The translations under genes were made by a program, and so were the position numbers. Positions 1 to 10,105 of a stretch of DNA of 50,483 nt are shown here, in pieces. The DNA comes from Actinomycetota bacterium (lineage in GTDB: Bacteria > Actinomycetota > UBA4738 > HRBIN12). The stretch is taken from positions 1-50,483 of the forward strand of contig JBDUEF010000002.1 in assembly GCA_040002535.1 (NCBI GenBank). Direction: 5' to 3'. Below the pieces are notes generated by a model. That model had not been told where the DNA came from and ran no database searches. It saw nothing but the letters and a program-made list of their open reading frames with translations. The number at the start of each line of letters is the position of its first letter. Within the stretch, counting starts at the first letter, position 1.

Positions 1-124
1 TCCACACCGTGCCCATGCCCTTCGCGATGGCCCACGCGTCTTCGAGCAGCCCGCGTGGTCGCTGGTCGCCGGGGTCGGCCCGATCGGTGGGCTCGGCCGG
101 CGGATCCGTGAGGTGATCGGTCAC
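1..124 (-). CDS. nuoI: NADH-quinone oxidoreductase subunit I, 5' end only (continues beyond window start)
   Basis: GTG at 124-122 overlaps the nuoH TGA (GTGA). It reads VTDHLTDPPAEPTDRADPGDQRPRGLLEDAWAIAKGMGTVW. The position after nuoH and the AIAKGMG..W segment fit a NuoI N-terminus. Only 41 codons are visible. Confidence 0.55.
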   Translation of the reverse strand, partial: MTDHLTDPPAEPTDRADPGDQRPRGLLEDAWAIAKGMGTVW

Positions 125-1239
125 GTCTGCACCTCCCGGATCGTCCGGTTCGTGAACAGCGGCGCCAGCACCGAGGCGAGCGTCATGACCCCCAGCACGC
201 CGGCGGCGATCAGGAAGACCGAGCGGGTGCCGAACCTGTCGGGCAGCACCACGACCGCACCGGTCACCATCACCCAGACCAGACCGAAGGGGATCAGCAC
301 CTTCCACCCGAACTGCATCAAACGGTCGTAGCGCATCCGCGGCAGCGAGCCTCGCACCCATATGTAGAGGTACACGATCAACGTCACCTTCGCGATGAAC
401 CACAGCAGTGGCCACAACCACAGCAGGAAGCCGGGGTGTGGCCCGCGCCATCCCCCGAGGAAGAGCGTCACCGCCACCGACGCCACGGTCACCGTGCTCA
501 CGTACTCCCCCAGATAGAACAGCGCGAACTTGATACCGGAGTACTCGGTGTGGAAGCCGGCGACGAGCTCGGATTCGGCCTCGGCCAGGTCGAACGGGGG
601 GCGGTTCGTCTCGGCCAACCCGCAGATCAGGTAGATCACGAACGCCGGGAACATGGGGATCACGTTCCACACGCGGTCCTGGGCGGCCACGATCTGGCTC
701 ATCTGCAGCGACCCGCTGTACATCACCACCGCCACGAGCGCCAGGCTCATCCCCACCTCGTAGCTGATCATCTGCGCGCTGGAACGCACGGCGCCCAGGA
801 GCGGGTAGTTCGAGCCGCTCGACCACCCGGCCAGCACCACGCCGTAGACCGTCAGCGAGGTCATGGCCAGCACCCACAGCAGCCCGATGTTGAGGTCGGC
901 GAGCTGGAACGGCACGTCGCGCCCGAAGATGTGCACCTTCGTGCCGAACGGGATGACGGCGAACGCCAGGAAGGCCGGGAACATCGCCATCAGCGGCGCG
1001 ATCGAGTACACCGTGCGATCCGCCTGGGTCGGCGTGATGCCCTCCTTGAAGAACAGCTTGATGCCGTCGGCCAGCGTGATCAGGATCCCGTGCGGCCCCG
1101 CCCGCATCGGCCCCAGCCGCGTCTGCATGTCTGCGATCACCTTGCGCTCCATCCAGATGTAGAGCATCACCGCGATCAGCAGCGCGAAGAACACAACCAC
1201 GACACGCGCGACCAGCAGGATCCAGTCGAGCCAGTCCAT
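121..1239 (-). CDS. nuoH: NADH-quinone oxidoreductase subunit H
   Basis: 372 aa starting at an internal Met (MDWLDW...) of the 642-aa track ORF. ATGA overlap with the nuoG stop at 1239-1241. ND1/NuoH motifs: MERKVIADMQTRLGP, GWSSGSNYPLLGAVRSSAQMISYEV, ETNRPPFDLAEAESELV. Confidence 0.95.
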   Translation of the reverse strand: MDWLDWILLVARVVVVFFALLIAVMLYIWMERKVIADMQTRLGPMRAGPHGILITLADGIKLFFKEGITPTQADRTVYSIAPLMAMFPAFLAFAVIPFGTKVHIFGRDVPFQLADLNIGLLWVLAMTSLTVYGVVLAGWSSGSNYPLLGAVRSSAQMISYEVGMSLALVAVVMYSGSLQMSQIVAAQDRVWNVIPMFPAFVIYLICGLAETNRPPFDLAEAESELVAGFHTEYSGIKFALFYLGEYVSTVTVASVAVTLFLGGWRGPHPGFLLWLWPLLWFIAKVTLIVYLYIWVRGSLPRMRYDRLMQFGWKVLIPFGLVWVMVTGAVVVLPDRFGTRSVFLIAAGVLGVMTLASVLAPLFTNRTIREVQT

Positions 1240-3650
1240 CAGGCGTCGCTCCCCACCACGGCGGGCGTGACGTCGGCGGCGGCGTCGGTCGCCACCTGCT
1301 CGATGCGCGCGAGGGCGTGGAACGCCCCCGACAACAGGACGTTGGCGGCGAACCCAGGTTGGTTGAAGGGCACGAACGCGGAACCCGGGGCCACCGCGGC
1401 CGTCACGCGCAGCGGCAGCTCGGCCTCGCCGGCCGCGCTCCGCACCACCACGCGCGCGCCGTCCTGGAGCCCGAGGCTGCGGGCGTCCTCGGGGTGCACC
1501 TCGACGAAGGGCTGCTCCTCCATCGCCGCCTTCAGCTCGTCGGCGCGCTCCGACAACCGGCCCTCGTCCACGAGCAGGGGGTAGGTGAAGAGCATGAGAT
1601 CGCCGTCGCCGGGCGCCGGCGGGGCACCATCCGCCTCTGCAAGAGCCGGAGCCGGAGCCGGGTCGGATGCACCCGGGGCCCGCGGTGCCAACAGGGCCCC
1701 CATCTCCGCCTGCAGCTCGTTCAGGGACTCCCAACCCAGATCGCCGCCCATCACCAGCGCCAGCCCCGTGAAGATCTCCCAGTCCGCCTGGGCGATGCCG
1801 GGTGCGCCGCGGACCGGACGCAGGCGCTGCCCCCGTCCCTCCCAGGTCGTGACGTGTCCCTCCTTCTCCAGGAACGCGGCGGCCGGCAGGAAGACGTCGA
1901 CGTAGGGTTCCAGCGAGGCGAGCTCCAGGCCCTGCACCACCAGGTGCGGCACGTTCTGCAGCGCACGCCGTGCGAGCGCGGCGTCGGGTGCGTCCCGCAG
2001 CGGGTCCACGCCGATGCACACGAGCACGTCGATCTCGCGCCCGGCGCACGCCTCCAGGATCGCCATGGTGCCGCGCCCCTCCGCGACCGCCATGATCGGA
2101 CCCCAGACCGACTCGATCTCGGCACGCTCCGCCGCCACCGAGAACCGCCGGCCGCCGGGCAGCAGCCCGGGATGCACGCCGGCCGCCAGTGCGCCCCGAT
2201 CGTTCGCCCGACGTGTCACGTACGCGAACCGCGCGCCGGTGCGAGCCGCCAGTGCGCGGGCCGCCTCCAGAGCTCCCGGCTGGTCCGCCAGCCGCGGGCC
2301 GGCGATCACCACCGCACGGTCCCCCGCCTCCGCCAGCGCCTCGGCGAAGCCCGCCCCCTCGGCCAGCGCGGCGATCTCCGCGCCGGGAGCGACCAGCACG
2401 TGCTCGGCCACGTCGTGCAGCCGCGTGCGGCGCGGGTGGAGCACCACCACGCGCGCCCCGCGCGCCACTGCCTTGCGCAACCGCAGATGCAGGATCGGGA
2501 CTTCCTGCTCCGCGTCCAGGCCGGCGACCAGGATCACCGTCGCACGCTCGAGGTCTCGGTAGGTGACGGCCCCGGGGTTGGCGGCCGCGGCCGCCTCGGT
2601 CGCGTCCCCGCCCGCGTCCCGCCGATGGTCAAGATCGTTCGTGCCCACCACGCTGCGGGCCAGCTTGGACAGCGCGTAGTAGTCCTCGTCCATCAACCGG
2701 CCGCCGGTGAGGAACGCCACGCGTCCGCCGGCCGCCCATCCGGCGACCCGAGCGAAGGCCTCGCCGAAGGACGCCGGCTCCAACCCCCGGTCGCGAACCA
2801 ACGGCGTGGTGATCCGCTCCGGGGCGTCGGGGAACCGGAACGCGTAGCGGCCCTTGTCGCACAGCCACGCATCGTTCACCTCGAGGTTGTCGCGCGCGAG
2901 CTGGCGCACGACCTCCCCCCGGCGCACGTCGACCTTGAGGTTGCACCCGGCGCTGCAGTGGGGGCAGACGCTGTCCACGGTCGACAGATCGAAGGGACGA
3001 GCCACGAACCGGTAGGGCGTCGAGGTCAGCGCGCCGACCGGACAGATCTGCACGGTGTTGCCGCTGAACGGCGACGCGAAGTCCTCTCCCGCGGCGATCG
3101 AGACCTGCTCGGCAGCGCCTCGGGAATACAGCTCGATGAAGCGGTCGCCGCTGATCTGATCGCAGAACCGCGTGCACCGCGCGCACAGCACACATCGCTC
3201 GCGATCCAGGTTCACCAGCGGCGACAGCGGCAGGGGCTTGGCGAAGGTGCGCTTGGCCTCCACGTATCGGCTCTCTCCCGGACCGAACTCGAGAGCCTGG
3301 TCCTGCAACGGACACTCACCGCCGCGGTCGCAGATCGGACAATCGAGCGGATGGTTCATCAGCAGGAACTCCAGGTTCGCCACCTGCGCCTGATGGACCT
3401 GTTCGGAGGTGTTCTGGGTCTTCACCACCATGCCGGGCGCGACCGCCGTCGTGCACGACGTGAACAGCTTGCGCTGGCCCTCGACCTCCACGTAGCACTG
3501 GCGGCAGGCGCCCACCGGCTCCAGCAGCGGGTGGTCACAGAACCGCGGGATCTCGACCCCAACCTGCTCGGCGGCCCGGATGACGAGCGTGCCCTTGGGC
3601 ACCGTCACCTCCCTGCCGTCGATCGTGAGCGTCACCTGGTCCGGCGCCAC
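1239..3650 (-). CDS. nuoG: NADH-quinone oxidoreductase subunit G (75 kDa)
   Basis: 803 aa. GTG at 3650 overlaps the nuoF TAG by 1 nt. Fe-S Cys motifs: CRQCYVEV, HPLDCPICDRGGECPLQ, CVLCARCTRFC, CPVGAL. A molybdopterin-oxidoreductase-like body follows. The rest of the 1279-aa track ORF is read-through in the nuoF antisense frame. Confidence 0.95.
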   Translation of the reverse strand: MAPDQVTLTIDGREVTVPKGTLVIRAAEQVGVEIPRFCDHPLLEPVGACRQCYVEVEGQRKLFTSCTTAVAPGMVVKTQNTSEQVHQAQVANLEFLLMNHPLDCPICDRGGECPLQDQALEFGPGESRYVEAKRTFAKPLPLSPLVNLDRERCVLCARCTRFCDQISGDRFIELYSRGAAEQVSIAAGEDFASPFSGNTVQICPVGALTSTPYRFVARPFDLSTVDSVCPHCSAGCNLKVDVRRGEVVRQLARDNLEVNDAWLCDKGRYAFRFPDAPERITTPLVRDRGLEPASFGEAFARVAGWAAGGRVAFLTGGRLMDEDYYALSKLARSVVGTNDLDHRRDAGGDATEAAAAANPGAVTYRDLERATVILVAGLDAEQEVPILHLRLRKAVARGARVVVLHPRRTRLHDVAEHVLVAPGAEIAALAEGAGFAEALAEAGDRAVVIAGPRLADQPGALEAARALAARTGARFAYVTRRANDRGALAAGVHPGLLPGGRRFSVAAERAEIESVWGPIMAVAEGRGTMAILEACAGREIDVLVCIGVDPLRDAPDAALARRALQNVPHLVVQGLELASLEPYVDVFLPAAAFLEKEGHVTTWEGRGQRLRPVRGAPGIAQADWEIFTGLALVMGGDLGWESLNELQAEMGALLAPRAPGASDPAPAPALAEADGAPPAPGDGDLMLFTYPLLVDEGRLSERADELKAAMEEQPFVEVHPEDARSLGLQDGARVVVRSAAGEAELPLRVTAAVAPGSAFVPFNQPGFAANVLLSGAFHALARIEQVATDAAADVTPAVVGSDA

Positions 3651-5008
3651 TACGGAGCCACCTCCAGCATGTCGAAGGGTCCGGTCGTGGTGAAGGTGAC
3701 GGCGAGCGGCTCGGGCTCCACCATCGCGCCGGGGCCCCTGCCGGTCACCGGGCACCGCCCCTCGCGCACGTGCGCCTCGTACTCGTCCATGAAGTACTGG
3801 AGCGTGGAGGCGATCGGGCTGACCGCCCCGTCGGCGAGCGCGCAGAAGGACCGGAAGAGCATGTTGTTGCCCACCTCGCCCACCAGCGGGATGTCCTCGG
3901 CCCGCCCATAGCCGTCCTCGATCCGGCCCAGCATGCGAGTCGCCCACCAGGTGCCCTCGCGGCAGGGCGTGCACTTGCCGCAGGACTCGTGCGCGTAGAA
4001 CTCCACCAGGCGGCGGGCCGCCTCCACCATGCAGTCGGTCTGGTCCAGCACGATGACGGCCCCGGTGCCCAGCAGAGACCCGGCCGCCGCCACCGACTCG
4101 AAGTCCAGGCCCACGTCGAGATGATCGGCGGTGAGGAACGGCGTCGAGGATCCTCCCGGCGTCCACGCCTTGAGCGAGCCCCCACCCAGGACGCCACCGG
4201 CCGGCCCCTCCAGCAGCTCCCGGAAGGGCGTGCCCAGGTCCACCTCGTAGTTGCCGGGCCGCTCCACCTTGCCGCTGACGGTGAATATCTTCGTGCCGGG
4301 CGCCTTCTCGGTCCCCACCTCCTTGAACCACGCAGCGCCCCTGCGCACGATGTGCGGGACGTTCATCAGCGTCTCGACGTTGTTGACGACCGTCGGCGAG
4401 GCGTACAGACCCTCCACGGCCGGGAAGGGCGGGCGCAGCCGCGGTTGCCCGCGGAAGCCCTCGAGGGAGCTCAGCAGCGCCGTCTCCTCGCCGCAGATGT
4501 AGGCGCCGGCGCCTCGGTGCAGCACGATGTCCAGGTCGTAGCCGGAGCCCAGGACGTCCGCACCCAGGATCCCGGCCTCGTAGGCCTCCTCGATCGCACG
4601 CTGCAGGACCTGTCCCTGCCACAGGTACTCGCCGCGGACGTAGATGAACGCCGTGTGGCACTCGATCGCGCGCGCGGCGATCGCCGTGCCCTCGATCAGG
4701 GCGTGGGGCTCGCGCTCGACGAGCTCGCGGTTGTTGCACGTGCCCGGCTCGGATTCGTCGAAGTTCACCACCACGTAGGTGGGCTTGCCGGTGTCCTGCG
4801 GCACGAACGACCATTTCATGCCCGTGGGGAACCCGGCGCCACCGCGGCCGCGCAGACCGGAGTCCTTCACCAGTTGGATCAGGTCCGGGCCCGATATCGC
4901 CAGCGCCGAACCCAGACCCTCGTAGCCGCCCGTGGCCCGGTATCCGGGCAGGGTGATCGCTGCGGGGTTCTCCCACTGCGCGGTCAGGACCTTGCGATGC
5001 TCGCTCAC
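3650..5008 (-). CDS. nuoF: NADH-quinone oxidoreductase subunit F (51 kDa)
   Basis: 452 aa. GLRGRGGAGFPTGMKW (FMN/NADH site) and ESCGKCTPCREG (4Fe-4S). GTGA overlap with the nuoE stop. Confidence 0.97.
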   Translation of the reverse strand: MSEHRKVLTAQWENPAAITLPGYRATGGYEGLGSALAISGPDLIQLVKDSGLRGRGGAGFPTGMKWSFVPQDTGKPTYVVVNFDESEPGTCNNRELVEREPHALIEGTAIAARAIECHTAFIYVRGEYLWQGQVLQRAIEEAYEAGILGADVLGSGYDLDIVLHRGAGAYICGEETALLSSLEGFRGQPRLRPPFPAVEGLYASPTVVNNVETLMNVPHIVRRGAAWFKEVGTEKAPGTKIFTVSGKVERPGNYEVDLGTPFRELLEGPAGGVLGGGSLKAWTPGGSSTPFLTADHLDVGLDFESVAAAGSLLGTGAVIVLDQTDCMVEAARRLVEFYAHESCGKCTPCREGTWWATRMLGRIEDGYGRAEDIPLVGEVGNNMLFRSFCALADGAVSPIASTLQYFMDEYEAHVREGRCPVTGRGPGAMVEPEPLAVTFTTTGPFDMLEVAP

Positions 5009-5580
5009 GCTGAGACCTCCGGCTCCACACCGGCCAGCATGCGCGAGGCCTCCCGGAAGCTCCCCACGGCCGGGCCACGGCTGGGCCCGGGCACCTCGCC
5101 GGCGCGCAGGGCGGCGATCAGCACGCCCATCCGCTCAGGCGTCACCCGGTCGTAGTTGGCGGAGTTGATCTGCACCGCCGGCGCGAACTCGCACACGCCT
5201 AGGCACTCCTCCTCGTGCAGCGTGATCACGCCGTCCTCGGACAACTCGGCGCCCGGCGGGATGCCGGCGGCCCGGTGCGCCGCCGCGTAGACGTCCTTGG
5301 CACCCAGGAGGGCGCACGACAAGTTCGTGCACACGCTGACGACGTGCCGGCCGGTGGGCCGCAGCCGCAGCATCGTGTAGAAGGTGGCGACCGCCTCCAC
5401 CTCGGCGGTGCGCAGACCCAGCAGGTCGGCGACCTCCTGCAGGGCCTCGCGCGTCACGTTGCCCTGCACGGACTGTGCCAGGTACAGCAGCGGCATCACG
5501 GCGGAGCGCTCGCGGCCGGCGGGGTAGCGCGCCTTGATCGCCTCCGCCTGTTCGAGGGTCTCCGGAGCGAACACAGCCAT
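5005..5580 (-). CDS. nuoE: NADH-quinone oxidoreductase subunit E (24 kDa)
   Basis: 191 aa from [20 protein letters not shown]. Thioredoxin-like 2Fe-2S motifs VCTNLSC and CLGVCEFAP. ATGA overlap with the nuoD stop at 5580. Confidence 0.93.
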   Translation of the reverse strand: MAVFAPETLEQAEAIKARYPAGRERSAVMPLLYLAQSVQGNVTREALQEVADLLGLRTAEVEAVATFYTMLRLRPTGRHVVSVCTNLSCALLGAKDVYAAAHRAAGIPPGAELSEDGVITLHEEECLGVCEFAPAVQINSANYDRVTPERMGVLIAALRAGEVPGPSRGPAVGSFREASRMLAGVEPEVSA

Positions 5581-6851
5581 CAGCGGTCCACCCCACCCAT
5601 CACCGGATCGATGCTGGCGATGGCGGCGATCGCATCGGCCACCAGCGATCCCTCCACCATCGAGGCCGTCGCCTGCAGGTTCACGAAGGAGGGGTCGCGG
5701 ATCTTCACGCGGTAGGGCCGGTGCCCGCCGTCGGAGACCACGTAGAACCCCAGCTCGCCGCGGGGAGACTCCACGGTCTGGTACACCTCGCCCACCGGCA
5801 CCTGCACGCCCTCGGTCACCATCTTGAAGTGATGGATCAGCGCCTCCATCGACTCCTCCATGATGTGGCGGACGTAGGCGGGGTCGTTGCCGATCCCGTC
5901 GGGGCCCACGCTCAGCTGCGCCGGCCACCGAACCTTCGGGTCGGTCACCATCACGGGCCCGGGTTCCTCCAGACGGTCCACGCACTGTTCGATGATGCGC
6001 AACGACTGGCGCATCTCGTCCAGCCGGATCCGGTATCGCGCGTATGCGTCGGCCTCGGTGCGCGTGATGACCTCGAAGTCATAGGTCTCGTAGCCGGAGT
6101 ACGGCGCGTCCCGCCGCAGGTCCAACGGCACACCGGCGGCGCGGAGCATCGGGCCCGTCACGCCCAGCGCCAGGCACTCCTGCGCCGAGAGCCGGCCGAC
6201 CCCCTCGTTGCGCTCCCGCCAGATGGGGTTGTCGTTCAGGATCGACTCGTACTCGTCGATCCGCCGGGGCATCTCGTCGAGGAAGGCACGGATCCTGCGC
6301 TCGCCGTCCTCGGGAAGATCCATGATCACGCCCCCGATCCGCACGTACGCGGGGTTCATCCGAAGGCCGGTGATCGTCTCGAAGATGTCCATGAGGAGCT
6401 CGCGCTCGCGCAGGCCGTAGAGCATGATGCTCACCGCCCCGAGCTCCAGGCTGCCGGTGGCCAGCCACACCAGGTGCGAGCTGATCCGGTTCATCTCGTT
6501 GCACAGCACACGGATCACCTGCGCGCGCGGCGGCGCCTCGATGCCCAGCAGGCGCTCCACGGCCAGGCAGTAGCCCAGCTCGTTGAAGAACGGCGACAGG
6601 TAGTCGGCACGGGTGACGTAGGTGACGCCCTGCATCCACGACCGGTACTCCGTGTTCTTCTCGATCCCGGTGTGCAGGTAGCCGATCACCGGCTTGCACC
6701 GCACCACGTACTCGCCGTCCAGCTCCAGCAGCAGCCGCAGCACCCCGTGCGTGGAGGGGTGCTGGGGCCCCATGTTGATGATCATGGTCTCCTGACGGAT
6801 CTCCCCGGAGGGAGCCACGCGCACGGTCGGATGGCCCTCGCGCACGCTCAT
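5580..6851 (-). CDS. nuoD: NADH-quinone oxidoreductase subunit D (49 kDa)
   Basis: 423 aa from MSVREGH. Motifs [14 protein letters not shown] and a C-terminal [13 protein letters not shown] overlap with the nuoC stop. Confidence 0.95.
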   Translation of the reverse strand: MSVREGHPTVRVAPSGEIRQETMIINMGPQHPSTHGVLRLLLELDGEYVVRCKPVIGYLHTGIEKNTEYRSWMQGVTYVTRADYLSPFFNELGYCLAVERLLGIEAPPRAQVIRVLCNEMNRISSHLVWLATGSLELGAVSIMLYGLRERELLMDIFETITGLRMNPAYVRIGGVIMDLPEDGERRIRAFLDEMPRRIDEYESILNDNPIWRERNEGVGRLSAQECLALGVTGPMLRAAGVPLDLRRDAPYSGYETYDFEVITRTEADAYARYRIRLDEMRQSLRIIEQCVDRLEEPGPVMVTDPKVRWPAQLSVGPDGIGNDPAYVRHIMEESMEALIHHFKMVTEGVQVPVGEVYQTVESPRGELGFYVVSDGGHRPYRVKIRDPSFVNLQATASMVEGSLVADAIAAIASIDPVMGGVDR

Positions 6852-7351
6852 GTCGCGGTCCGCCGGTCCACCGGCGGGATGAAGGCTCCGTGGAAACGCG
6901 TGTTCACACCGCCGAGCTCCTCGGTCTTCAGCAAGGGGTGGCCCTCCCACTCGTCGGGCAGCAGGATCCGCGTGAGGTCGGGGTGACCGTCGAACACGAT
7001 CCCGTAGAAGTCGAAGACCTCGCGTTCCTGCCAGTTCGCCGTCGGGAAGATCGGGGTGACGCTGGGGATGTGCGGCGCGTCGTCCCCGGGCAGGCCCGCC
7101 TTCACCCGCACGCGGTGGTGCAGGGCCGTGGATCGGAGCTCGTACACGACCCACATCGCCGGCACCACGCCGGGATGGTGCGTGGCGGTGACGCAGGACA
7201 GGAACTCGAGGCGAAGCTCCGGATCATCCCGGAGAGCCTCGAGGGTCGCCGGGGCTTCCTGGGGCCCCACGAGCACGGTCACCTCTCCGCGGGCGAGCAG
7301 GACGTCGGGGTACCGCGAGCGGAGGCGGTCGGCGATCTCCTCGGGGCTCAC
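6848..7351 (-). CDS. nuoC: NADH-quinone oxidoreductase subunit C (30 kDa)
   Basis: 167 aa. GTG at 7351 in a GTGA overlap with the nuoB stop. Motif [24 protein letters not shown]. Confidence 0.9.
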   Translation of the reverse strand: MSPEEIADRLRSRYPDVLLARGEVTVLVGPQEAPATLEALRDDPELRLEFLSCVTATHHPGVVPAMWVVYELRSTALHHRVRVKAGLPGDDAPHIPSVTPIFPTANWQEREVFDFYGIVFDGHPDLTRILLPDEWEGHPLLKTEELGGVNTRFHGAFIPPVDRRTAT

Positions 7352-7866
7352 CGGAACGTCTCCTGTGTCCGCACCTTCTCCTGCAGCTTCAAGATGCCGA
7401 ACATCAGCATCTCGGGCTTGGGAGGGCATCCGGGTACGTAGATGTCGACGGGCACCACCGTGTCGACCCCCTGCACGATCGCGTAGTTCGTGAACATGCC
7501 GCCCGCCGAGGCGCACACCCCCATGGAGATCACCCATCGCGGCTCGGGCATCTGGTCGTAGATCCGGCGCAGCACCGGCGCCATCTTCTGGCTCACGCGC
7601 CCTGCCACGATCATCAGATCCGCCTGTCGAGGCGAAGCCCGGAACAGCTCCATCCCCCACCGCGAGAGGTCGTAGCGGCCGGCGCCTGTCGACATCATCT
7701 CGATCGCGCAGCACGCCAGACCGAACGTCGCCGGCCACATCGACTGCTTGCGGGCCCAGCCCACAGCTCGGTCGAGCGAGGTCAGCAGGACCCCCCGCTC
7801 GACCTCCTCCTCGATCTCCTCGGGCGTCTTGCCGAGCTGGATGCCCTCGAGCCGCTCAACGGGCAC
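7348..7866 (-). CDS. nuoB: NADH-quinone oxidoreductase subunit B (PSST)
   Basis: 172 aa. Motifs [29 protein letters not shown]. Confidence 0.97.
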   Translation of the reverse strand: MPVERLEGIQLGKTPEEIEEEVERGVLLTSLDRAVGWARKQSMWPATFGLACCAIEMMSTGAGRYDLSRWGMELFRASPRQADLMIVAGRVSQKMAPVLRRIYDQMPEPRWVISMGVCASAGGMFTNYAIVQGVDTVVPVDIYVPGCPPKPEMLMFGILKLQEKVRTQETFR

Positions 7867-8305
7867 GCGCCACCTCCCGAACCGGCCCGGGGATGTCGGT
7901 GGCGTGCAGGTCGCCGGGCGGGCGCTCGGCCCGCTGCTCCTCCCACTCCAGACCGCCCTTACGCCAGACGTAGGCGTAGGCCACGAAGACCAGGCCGATG
8001 AACACCGCCATCTCCGCCAGGCCGAACAATCCCAGCTGACGGATGGTCACCGCCCACGGATAGAGGAAGATCGTCTCGATGTCGAAGATGATGAACAGCA
8101 TGGCCACGACGTAGAACTTCACGCTGAAGCGCTCACCCCGGGGCAGGCGGACCGGGTCGTTCCCGCACTCGTACGGTGAGAGCTTCACCGGGTTCGGGCG
8201 GTTCGGCCGGAGCAGGTGCGAGACGCCCCGGGAGACCACGGCGAACAGGACCGCTAGCACCCCGAGCACCACCATCGGCAGGTAGTCCCTCAGCACGGTC
8301 GGCAT
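7856..8305 (-). CDS. nuoA: NADH-quinone oxidoreductase subunit A
   Basis: 149 aa with 3 TM segments. Motifs PYECG and [12 protein letters not shown] charged C-terminal tail overlaps nuoB by 11 nt. Confidence 0.92.
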   Translation of the reverse strand: MPTVLRDYLPMVVLGVLAVLFAVVSRGVSHLLRPNRPNPVKLSPYECGNDPVRLPRGERFSVKFYVVAMLFIIFDIETIFLYPWAVTIRQLGLFGLAEMAVFIGLVFVAYAYVWRKGGLEWEEQRAERPPGDLHATDIPGPVREVARAR

Positions 8306-8312
8306 CCTAGCC

Positions 8313-9566
8313 TCACGCGGCCTTCACCACTCGCTCGAGCACGTACATCAGTTTGTCCTGGATGTCGCCGTCGCGGCCGTCGGTGAGGTTGGTCATCAGT
8401 CGCATCGCGAAATTCATCACCACCGGGCGGGGAAGGAGGTGCTTGGTCGCCATCCCCATGAGGGTCGGCTTGCCGATGATCCTGGCGAATCCCCGTCCGA
8501 TCGAGAAGTAGCGCCCGTAGCGCTCGCGCAACACCAGGGGGTAGCTCTGGGCGATGCCCGGACGGTGCAGGACCAGGGCGTCGTGGAGGAGCTCTGCCGC
8601 CAGCTCTCCGCACTCCATCGCGTAGGCGATACCCTCACCGTTGAAGGGGTTCACGGCGCCGACGGCATCGCCGACCAGCAGCATCCCCGGCACGGCCTGC
8701 GGGATCCGGTTCAAGCTCATGGGCAGCGGACCCGACAGCACACGCCCCTCGGCCGTCTCCTCCGAGATGCCCCACTCCGACGGCAGCATCGTGGCGAAGG
8801 CGTCGAACAGCCGTTGGGCGGAGATGTCCTTGAACCCCTTGAACGTGTTGAGCAGGCCCGCGCCCAGGTTGATCCGGCCGCCCGCGACCGGGAACAGCCA
8901 GCCGTAGCCCGGCAGCAGCAGATCCCCTTCCCACAGGTCGAGCCAGGACTCGAACCAGGGCCCCGGATGATAGGTGGCTCGGTAGTACCGGCGAGCGGCG
9001 ATGCCCAGGGGACGCGACTCGTCCCGACGGACGCCCGCGGGTCTGGCGAAGCGGCTCCCGGCGCCGTCGGCGGCGATCACGTACCTGGCGCGGACGACGG
9101 TGGGCTCGACCGCGCGCTCGCCGGCCGGGCGGATCGTCGCACCCGTCACCCACCCGTCGCGGAACGTGGGCTCAACCGCCTCGGTCTCCTCCAGGAGCCG
9201 GGCACCGGACTTCGTCGCCCGATCCACCAGGATCTGGTCGAAGTCGTGACGGGTGCGCACCAGGCCGTAGTTCGGCCAGCTCCGGAGCTCCGGCCAGGGG
9301 AGCTCGATCGTGGCGGAGCGCGAGTACACCCGCAGTCCCTTCACGCGCTCGAACCCGGGATCGCCGGGATCCACCCCCATGCGCAACAACGCGGCGACCC
9401 CTCGCGGTGTGATGCCGTCCCCGCAGACCTTCTCCCGCGGGAATCTGGCCTTGTCCACTACGGTGACGTCCACGCCGTGGCGGGCCAGGTGATAGGCGGC
9501 GGCGGCCCCCCCGGGGCCGGCGCCCACCACCAGGACGTCGGTCTCCACGGCGTGTGGCTTCGTCAC
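8313..9566 (-). CDS. geranylgeranyl reductase family flavoprotein (menaquinone side-chain reductase-like)
   Basis: 417 aa with a GTG start. FAD fold DVLVVGAGPGGAAAAYHLA, then KVCGDGITPRG and a C-terminal LLVGDAVGAVNPFNGEGI. The stop is only 7 nt upstream of the nuoA start. Confidence 0.88.
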   Translation of the reverse strand: MTKPHAVETDVLVVGAGPGGAAAAYHLARHGVDVTVVDKARFPREKVCGDGITPRGVAALLRMGVDPGDPGFERVKGLRVYSRSATIELPWPELRSWPNYGLVRTRHDFDQILVDRATKSGARLLEETEAVEPTFRDGWVTGATIRPAGERAVEPTVVRARYVIAADGAGSRFARPAGVRRDESRPLGIAARRYYRATYHPGPWFESWLDLWEGDLLLPGYGWLFPVAGGRINLGAGLLNTFKGFKDISAQRLFDAFATMLPSEWGISEETAEGRVLSGPLPMSLNRIPQAVPGMLLVGDAVGAVNPFNGEGIAYAMECGELAAELLHDALVLHRPGIAQSYPLVLRERYGRYFSIGRGFARIIGKPTLMGMATKHLLPRPVVMNFAMRLMTNLTDGRDGDIQDKLMYVLERVVKAA

Positions 9567-9588
9567 GGTCCGCGACCCCCCTCAGGGC

Positions 9589-9606
9589 TTGTGAAAAGTT
9601 TCACAA
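9589..9606. promoter_or_regulatory. Rex operator, perfect palindrome TTGTGAA-AAGT-TTCACAA
   Basis: Read directly from the sequence. It matches the Rex operator consensus TTGTGAA-N4-TTCACAA and lies 23 nt upstream of the reductase GTG (9566), over the predicted transcription start. Confidence 0.85.
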
Positions 9607-9611
9607 GATCG

Positions 9612-9640
9612 AGCCTAGCGGCTCGTGAAACCTTTCACAA
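9612..9640 (-). promoter_or_regulatory. candidate sigma-70-type promoter of the reductase-nuo operon
   Basis: On the minus strand: -35 TTGTGA (9640-9635), a 17-nt spacer, then -10 TAGGCT (9617-9612). The two Rex operators bracket it. Assigned by eye only. Confidence 0.45.
9623..9640. promoter_or_regulatory. Rex operator, TCGTGAA-ACCT-TTCACAA (1 mismatch)
   Basis: Second operator, 34 bp centre-to-centre from the first. It overlaps the candidate -35 hexamer. Confidence 0.8.
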
Positions 9641-9643
9641 AGG

Positions 9644-10105
9644 CTACGTCTGGCCCTGCGAGCTCGCAATGCCTTCTTGGGGCCACGCGTGGTCCCAGGT
9701 GCGCAGGGCCGTCGCCCGGATCCGGATGAAGCCCAGATCGGGGACCGAGCCGGTGAGGCGCTCGAACCCATCGCCGGCCAGCATCGACCGGTACTTCTCG
9801 TGCCACTCGGACATGGGCTCCCGAAGGTCGGGGTGCTCCGACCCGATCGGCTCCGCGAGCCCCTCCAAGCCCACTCCCGCGAGCGCCGTCCAATCCCGGC
9901 CGCGATCGATCACCACCGAGACTCGGGGGTCCCGCTCCACGTGCCGCCAGGTGGTGCTCCCCCGCCGTGTGGACACGAACAGGCCGTCCTCTCGCCAGAC
10001 GAACCACAGCGCCGCGACGTAGGGGGCTCCGCCGGGGTTCAGCGTCGCCAGGCGGGCGGTGGCGAGATCGCGGAACGCCCGTCGGACGAGCTCGTCAACG
10101 ATCAC
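9644..10105 (-). CDS. pyridoxamine 5'-phosphate oxidase-family (split beta-barrel flavin/F420-binding) protein
   Basis: 153 aa. GTGA overlap with the upstream polyprenyl synthase stop. The pattern ATLNPGGAPYVAALWFVWREDGLFVSTRRGS.K..H....PRVSV is typical of the PNPOx/FDOR fold. Confidence 0.75.
   Translation of the reverse strand: MIVDELVRRAFRDLATARLATLNPGGAPYVAALWFVWREDGLFVSTRRGSTTWRHVERDPRVSVVIDRGRDWTALAGVGLEGLAEPIGSEHPDLREPMSEWHEKYRSMLAGDGFERLTGSVPDLGFIRIRATALRTWDHAWPQEGIASSQGQT

Noticed and set aside
436-3911. Long plus-strand ORFs (436-1584, 382 aa; 1317-3911, 864 aa) antisense to nuoH and nuoG
   Set aside because: Their translations are Arg/Pro/Gly/His-rich low-complexity strings with no motifs. 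They lie exactly opposite genes with unmistakable NuoH/NuoG signatures. These are typical shadow ORFs of high-GC DNA, where stop codons are rare in all frames.
1239-5078. The 1279-aa track ORF, which would suggest a giant NuoG fusion, and the N-terminal extensions of the nuoH, nuoE, nuoD and nuoC track ORFs
   Set aside because: The upstream portions overlap the preceding nuo gene in another frame and translate to Arg/Gly/Pro-rich sequence. Each real gene begins at an internal ATG or GTG that forms a 1-4 nt overlap with the previous stop.
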